Source: Fimbriimonadia bacterium (lineage in GTDB: Bacteria > Armatimonadota > Fimbriimonadia > Fimbriimonadales > JABRVX01). From it: a stretch of DNA of 64,000 bases. The notes beneath the pieces are model-generated. The model made no database searches, was not told the origin of the DNA, and was given only the letters and a program-made list of their open reading frames with translations. The first letter of the stretch is position 1; the number at the start of each line of letters is the position of its first letter. Where the stretch lies: NCBI GenBank assembly GCA_041483895.1, contig JBGPGO010000017.1, positions 1 to 64,000 on the forward strand, written 5' to 3'. The translations under genes and the position numbers were made by a program. Positions 59,180 to 64,000 of this stretch are shown here, piece after piece.

Positions 59180-60145
59180 ATGCCTGTTGCAAATTCAGAC
59201 GTCACTGACTTCATCGGTCCGGTCCTTCGGAACGATTTTTATGAAGCGTACTATCAAGCGCTCGACGGAGCGGATCAGCGCGGAGTTGACCTGCTCTCTT
59301 CGACCATCGCGGTGTCCGGAAATACGGCAAAGTTTCCCTTTGCCGGCGATATTCCGCAGATGAGCCGATGGTCGGACGAGCGCGCCTACGACGCCTTCAG
59401 CACGTACAGCTATTCCGTGACTCTCGGGGATCCGTGGGAGGAGACCGTTGCCATAAAGCGGACGGCGCTGCGCGATGATTTGACCGGCCAGCTCCGCCAG
59501 CGAGCGCGGGATCTCGGCGCGGTGGCGATCTCGAATCGCCTCAAGCAGATCATCAGTTCGCTGGAGACCGGAATTTCAAACAAGTGCTACGACAGCCAAA
59601 ACTTCTTTGCGACCAGCCATCCGGCAAGGTCTACGGACGGAACAAGCACCACCTATGGCAACTCCGGAACGTCCGCCCTGGATGCGGCGAGTTTGCAGGA
59701 TACGGTGCAAACGATGCGGCTATTCACGTCGGATCAGGGCCATCCGTTGGGCATCACGCCATCACACCTTTTGGTCGGTCCCAACCTGGAATGGCGGGCA
59801 CGGCAACTCCTCGAATCGCCCGTCGTGATTGTCAACGTGGGGGACTCAGCGGTCGGTTCCGGCGCAACGGCGGCGACGCCCTATAAGAACGTTCTCGTCA
59901 GCACCCTGGAGCTGATCGTCAGTCCTTGGATCGGCAACTTCCATTGGTACGTGATGGACCTGATGAAGCCCATCAAGCCCGTGGTGTTGGTTACCGAGAT
60001 GGGCGAGCTTATCGAGTTCCAGTACCTGGAAGAAGGCAGCGAGCATTCGTTCAAGCGGGACGAGTTCGTGTTCGGCGTACGCGATCGTTTCGAGATAGGG
60101 TACGGCCTGTGGCAGGTCGCGTACTATCAGGGAGGCACGGCCTAG
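59180..60145 (+). CDS. Mu gpT-like major capsid protein
   Basis: IPQMSRW, WEETVAI.R..L.DD, CYDSQNFF.TSHP, PSHLLVGP and GYGLWQ motifs. Confidence 0.9.
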   Translation: MPVANSDVTDFIGPVLRNDFYEAYYQALDGADQRGVDLLSSTIAVSGNTAKFPFAGDIPQMSRWSDERAYDAFSTYSYSVTLGDPWEETVAIKRTALRDDLTGQLRQRARDLGAVAISNRLKQIISSLETGISNKCYDSQNFFATSHPARSTDGTSTTYGNSGTSALDAASLQDTVQTMRLFTSDQGHPLGITPSHLLVGPNLEWRARQLLESPVVIVNVGDSAVGSGATAATPYKNVLVSTLELIVSPWIGNFHWYVMDLMKPIKPVVLVTEMGELIEFQYLEEGSEHSFKRDEFVFGVRDRFEIGYGLWQVAYYQGGTA

Positions 60146-60146
60146 C

Positions 60147-60404
60147 ATGGATTGGCTGCAACTGGCTGGTCTTTTGAGTCTTGGAGGGGTGGTCGGCGCA
60201 ATCGTTGCGCTGGCCTCCGCCGGGGCCCGTCTGAAGACCGATTGGGAGACACTGCGCGATTCGCTGGTCCCGTATTTGACACAGCGAAACGCCGCCGGCG
60301 ATATCGATGCGGAGTTCCTTCTTTCCGCCATCGGTCCGGTGGATGCGGATATGAAGGCGTCGGCACAAGCATTGCGATCTGTGCAACAGAGAATCCGGCG
60401 GTGA
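60147..60404 (+). CDS. Small membrane-anchored hypothetical protein
   Basis: N-terminal TM helix; GTGA coupling to the next gene. Confidence 0.6.
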   Translation: MDWLQLAGLLSLGGVVGAIVALASAGARLKTDWETLRDSLVPYLTQRNAAGDIDAEFLLSAIGPVDADMKASAQALRSVQQRIRR

Positions 60405-60859
60405 GCATTTCGATCCCCGTCGCGGAGATGAAAAGCGCTATCGAAGGATTCATCGCGCTGGCTTGGACCGACGTGACAAGTCCCATCAAATACGAGCGAC
60501 AGGCGGACAGGATTCTTTTGGACAAGGCGGTGACGCCGAACGCGGCGGTCGTCTGGAGAGATCCGGAATCCCAACCGCCGTGGTCGCCGGAGATCGGCAC
60601 CTACCTGTTCCCAATCGACGTGTACTACCTGGTTCAGTCGGAGACCCCTGGGCAGTTGGAGTCGACGGTGCAGGGCAAGGCCCGGGATTTTTTGAACCAA
60701 GCAATTGCGGCGAGGAATCGGTGGGCCGGCGTACCGGAAATGCACAGCTGGAGATTGGTAGGCAGTGAAACAGAACACAAGCGCGCGGACGCCTGGCGTG
60801 CATCCGGATGGGCAAGCGCCCGGATCGCGCTGGAGGTCCAACTCGACTATGAAAAGTGA
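60401..60859 (+). CDS. Probable tail terminator/completion protein
   Basis: Size and position; coupled GTG start. Confidence 0.5.
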   Translation: MSISIPVAEMKSAIEGFIALAWTDVTSPIKYERQADRILLDKAVTPNAAVVWRDPESQPPWSPEIGTYLFPIDVYYLVQSETPGQLESTVQGKARDFLNQAIAARNRWAGVPEMHSWRLVGSETEHKRADAWRASGWASARIALEVQLDYEK

Positions 60860-61088
60860 TGGCCGTGAAGGGGTCACCCTGTCCTGGCTGCAGTTCGGTA
60901 TCGGCGTAATGGGTCTGTTCGTTACGATGTTCAGTGGTTGGCATTCGATCGTAACGCAGTTGGAAATCAACACCGCGGTGCAGCAGCAGGATCTGTCGGA
61001 AGTAAAGACCGCTGTGAAGGAACAATAGTCTGTGTTGACCGATTTGCGCGATCGAGTCGTGCGGATGGAAGAGAGGTCCAAGCGATGA
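60849..61088 (+). pseudogene. Small TM/coiled-coil (holin-like) gene with internal TAG at 61026-61028
   Basis: Frame continues SVLTDLRDRVVRMEERSKR to a TGA overlapping the next ATG. Confidence 0.65.
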
Positions 61089-61498
61089 GCTACTTTGCCG
61101 ATGCGGATTTGACGGAGCGGATTCGTGGGACGAACGTGACGCCGACCTCCGGGGAGATTAGCGCGGCGCGGGCGTTTGCGGAGGGGTATGTGGATGCGGC
61201 GCTGACACCGAAATACAAGTGCCCCTTCAACCCTGTGCCGGACCTTGTCAAGTTCATCGCGCTGGACATAGCGGCTTACGACGTTCTGTGCAAGCATTTT
61301 TCGATCGAGGACCCGAACGTCGGGGATCTGATCCAACAGTTTTGGTCCCGGGCCCACGAGACGATCGCGCGGCTGCAGGCTGGCACTTTCAACTTGCATG
61401 ACAACGCGATCGTTGACGAGGCCGCGGAAAAACAGATCATGGCTTCTAAGACGACCGACCAGATTGTGGTAACCGACGAGGCGCTCACGGACTGGTAA
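61085..61498 (+). CDS. Head-tail connector, Mu gp36/DUF1320-like
   Basis: MSY...A.GYVDAAL..KY..PF.PVP.LV...ALDIAAY. Confidence 0.8.
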   Translation: MSYFADADLTERIRGTNVTPTSGEISAARAFAEGYVDAALTPKYKCPFNPVPDLVKFIALDIAAYDVLCKHFSIEDPNVGDLIQQFWSRAHETIARLQAGTFNLHDNAIVDEAAEKQIMASKTTDQIVVTDEALTDW

Positions 61499-61510
61499 GG
61501 GGAGGAATGG

Positions 61511-61930
61511 ATGGCGCAACGACTGATCGCGGAAGACGCGACGATAACGATTACGCCGGGTGGTCCGGATGATGGGAGCTTTACCGCCGGCACGCCGGTT
61601 ACGCTGAAGTTCCGGCAGGCCCGGTTTATCTTTGACAACGAACTGGTGGATGTGACGGCGGCCGGGGATCAATACCTGTTCCACCGGATTGCGCACAAGG
61701 ATTTCACTGTTGTGTGCGAGGGATTGGTGCATACGACGAACACCAACTATCCGGACATGACCTACCTTGCTTTCGGCAACGACCTCGCGCGGCTGACATG
61801 CACGCTGATCGGGTCCGGCAAAGTGGTTACGATAGACGGGATGGTTCAGAAGCTGTAGCTCAATGTTGATGAGCCGAACACGGAGAGCATCACGCTGAAG
61901 CCATACGGCATCGCGCCGTCGCTGGCGTAA
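61511..61930 (+). pseudogene. Probable tail tube protein with internal TAG at 61856-61858
   Basis: VDVTAAGD tube-like motif; frame continues LNVDEPNTESITLKPYG to a TAA overlapping the next ATG. Confidence 0.65.
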
Positions 61931-62247
61931 TGGCAATTGAGGTCCAACGGATCGATGATCTGAGAACATTGATCCAGGTAGCCGCCAATCAGCGCGAGGC
62001 GCGTTCTTTGGCGGTGCACTTCAGTGGACTGTACGGCTTCGAAGTAACGCCGGAAGATGTGAAAGTGGCATCTGTGATCGCGGGGTGCTCCGGGAAATCG
62101 CTTGAGGAGATCGTGCAGCTATCTCGGACGGAGGGCCCGTTGTTGGTGGAGACGCTGCGCAAGTGCAATGAACTGAACGGGTGGGAGAGTGGCGGAGGCC
62201 CTTTTGGGAGTGCCGGTGGTGGGACCGGCTCCTCCGCGCCTCGCTAG
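61930..62247 (+). CDS. Tail assembly chaperone; predicted -1 frameshift product ends at 62336
   Basis: Position after the tube gene; in-frame slippery C CCT TTT at 62199-62205. Confidence 0.65.
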   Translation: MAIEVQRIDDLRTLIQVAANQREARSLAVHFSGLYGFEVTPEDVKVASVIAGCSGKSLEEIVQLSRTEGPLLVETLRKCNELNGWESGGGPFGSAGGGTGSSAPR

Positions 62248-62325
62248 CCGGGTTGGGACGCCACCCGTTCGAACTGGCCCACCCCGGCTCGGCGTTGCCC
62301 CGGTGGGCGTTGGAGGAGGTGATGG

Positions 62326-62748
62326 ATGGTCATTGATTTTGGTCCGCTATTGGAACCTGCGGCGACCTACTTTGGCGAGATCGATCGGTTGGTATCGGCT
62401 GTGAGTCCTGTTGAAGAAATGCCGAACCCCGAAGAGCCGCTCGCAGATGGCAACTTCGGCACAGCGCAGCGGAATTGAGAACATATCTCGACCCCGGTAA
62501 ATCCAAAGGGCGACTTCCTCCGGACGGATGCAGCGCCGGGAAGAAAACGTGGGAAATCGGAAGCGGCCCCGCATGTTGCTCGCGCTTCCGGCGCCGGTCC
62601 CTCATCGGAGCAGGTTGACCTCCAGCGCCGGACAAACGAACTGCTGGAGCGGATGATTACGGCGATTACCGCAAACGGATCACCGTCGCGAAGCCGGGCC
62701 CATTGGATCGGACCGTCGATCTCCGAGCAACTGGCAACGGACCTATAA
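62326..62748 (+). pseudogene. Very short ORF at the tape-measure position with internal TGA at 62476-62478
   Basis: GGAGGAGG RBS, MVIDFGPLL...; frame resumes after TGA and stops 6 nt before the next ATG. Confidence 0.5.
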
Positions 62749-62754
62749 CTACAG

Positions 62755-64000
62755 ATGTCACTGCAACTCAACCTAAACATAAACGGATACGATCTGATTG
62801 AGGCCGGATGGGGAAAGACCCTATCCGCGCAGCAGTTCGTCGTCGATGGGCCGCTGGACAAAGACCTATGGCGGGAGCCGCTGACGGGCGCGCTGATGCT
62901 GCGGCCGGCGCCGTTCTCGGCGGAGTGGCGGGAGAGTCTTTCGTTCGAAGCGAGCAAGCTGGACGCGACCGATTTCCATCTCCAATCCCCCTATTGGGAG
63001 ACGATCCTGACCAAAGGCGGCGACAGCGATCCGTTTCTCTCCACCGTTTATGCCGCGGGCAGCACGACATCCGGAATCGAATACAGCACCGGGATAGACA
63101 TCGCAGGCCTGAAGACCAGCTACGGCGATAGTCTCGTCTGGGCGCTGCAGTCGAAGACGAATTCGGAGCTCAACCAGGGCCTCTACGCTGAGGTCCGGAA
63201 CTTTGGATACAACTTCGAGAAGGTCTCCAACTACCTGGCGATCATGTTTGGCCAATACGCGATTCGACTTCAAACCGACGGCATCGCCATTCTATATAAG
63301 TATAAGCCTGCCGCAAATAGTTGGACATTTCTCAAAGAAATGCGGTTTGCGGGTCAATCGGAACAGCACGGGACAAGCCTGTCGCTGCTCATCCTTCCCG
63401 TTCTTGGAAACCGGCTGCATTTCTATTTTTCGACCGGCCGCGCCGTCAACGCCGCCTATGACAATCAGCGGTCGCCCGGGCCGCGCGACAGTTACTATTC
63501 GTACCGGATGCCGATTGAGGAAGAGACCTGGGACAACAGCGCTAAAGTGTGGCGGGTCGTCGACCAATCCCCCATCCGAGTGGCCGTAGCGCCGGGCCGG
63601 CGGTACCTGATGCAGATGGGCCGCGTCGTCTTTCCGACCGACGCCAAGTCCGCGACGCTTGGGCACGATGACCTCGGCCTGCCGCGATCGAATGACCCTT
63701 CGGCGACTCTCTACGGATACGCGCCGGGAAATTCAAGCGTGGACAGCACGATTCTGGACAAGACGACCGGTGTGGAATTCCTGTCCGGAACGGATACCAA
63801 GCCGCAGCCAAGGGTAACGCTCCAGGCAGCGTCCAACGGCATCTGGAGCCCGGAGGTGCACGGAGTCGCCCTTGATTTTCCGGAGCTTATCTTTGCCATC
63901 AGCCGTAGCCAGATGAACGCTTCCGTGGACGTATTGCGGGTCCGCTTGCGGCTTCATAATGAGCTGGAACCTCAGGAGATGGAGGTCTATCTGCGAGATC
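62755..64000 (+). CDS. Large putative tail/baseplate protein, partial (not in the ORF track)
   Basis: MSLQLNLNINGYDLIEAGWGK... stays open for 415 codons to the window end. Confidence 0.75.
   Translation, partial: MSLQLNLNINGYDLIEAGWGKTLSAQQFVVDGPLDKDLWREPLTGALMLRPAPFSAEWRESLSFEASKLDATDFHLQSPYWETILTKGGDSDPFLSTVYAAGSTTSGIEYSTGIDIAGLKTSYGDSLVWALQSKTNSELNQGLYAEVRNFGYNFEKVSNYLAIMFGQYAIRLQTDGIAILYKYKPAANSWTFLKEMRFAGQSEQHGTSLSLLILPVLGNRLHFYFSTGRAVNAAYDNQRSPGPRDSYYSYRMPIEEETWDNSAKVWRVVDQSPIRVAVAPGRRYLMQMGRVVFPTDAKSATLGHDDLGLPRSNDPSATLYGYAPGNSSVDSTILDKTTGVEFLSGTDTKPQPRVTLQAASNGIWSPEVHGVALDFPELIFAISRSQMNASVDVLRVRLRLHNELEPQEMEVYLRD

Larger units (their letters stand above)
53244..64000 (+). mobile_element. 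Mu-like head-tail morphogenesis cluster (GTA-like element or defective prophage), runs past the window end
   Basis: Terminase, portal, protease, capsid and tail genes in order, with no integrase/replication genes on the visible left side. Confidence 0.85.

Noticed and set aside
59180..60859. Capsid TAG is in frame with ORF 60152..60859, suggesting a read-through fusion
   Set aside because: 60147..60404 is a coupled gene in another frame, and the downstream protein has its own coupled GTG at 60401; the open extension is likely chance
59846..61969. 707-aa minus-strand ORF and other long antisense ORFs (38090..39550, 34853..36094)
   Set aside because: Shadows of GC3-biased genes on the opposite strand, with no recognisable motifs
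53244..64000. Whole-element TAG-to-Gln recoding (genetic code 15)
   Set aside because: Capsid and chaperone genes end in TAG, and an internal TGA also occurs; kept only as an alternative hypothesis

Overview
GC-rich bacterial chromosomal segment. The PEP-CTERM protein, secreted proteins with paired EF-hand (dockerin-like) C-termini, kdsA and murJ fit a diderm such as Armatimonadota; this is inference, not a database result. About 1-53 kb is host chromosome: iscS, pilB/pilT, kdsA, phoB/phoR-like pair, nfo, RNase P RNA, split comEC, dciA, recF, murJ and a candidate oriC (DnaA boxes plus AT-rich tract) beside recF. It also holds a lone DUF3800 gene with a structured RNA upstream and a defence/TA patch (AlbA_2, fused restriction-methylase, hicAB copies, mntA/hepT). 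From about 53.2 kb to the end is a compact Mu-like head-tail cluster with no integrase, repressor or replication genes visible on its left side. It has its own promoters, a probable attenuator, a predicted -1 frameshift, a very short putative tape-measure ORF, host repeats inside it and three in-frame stops, so it is either a domesticated gene-transfer-agent-like element or a decaying prophage. REP-like repeats are frequent and have inserted in frame into proteins and into the RNase P RNA. At least eight genes look leaderless. Family assignments come from motif recognition only; no searches were run.
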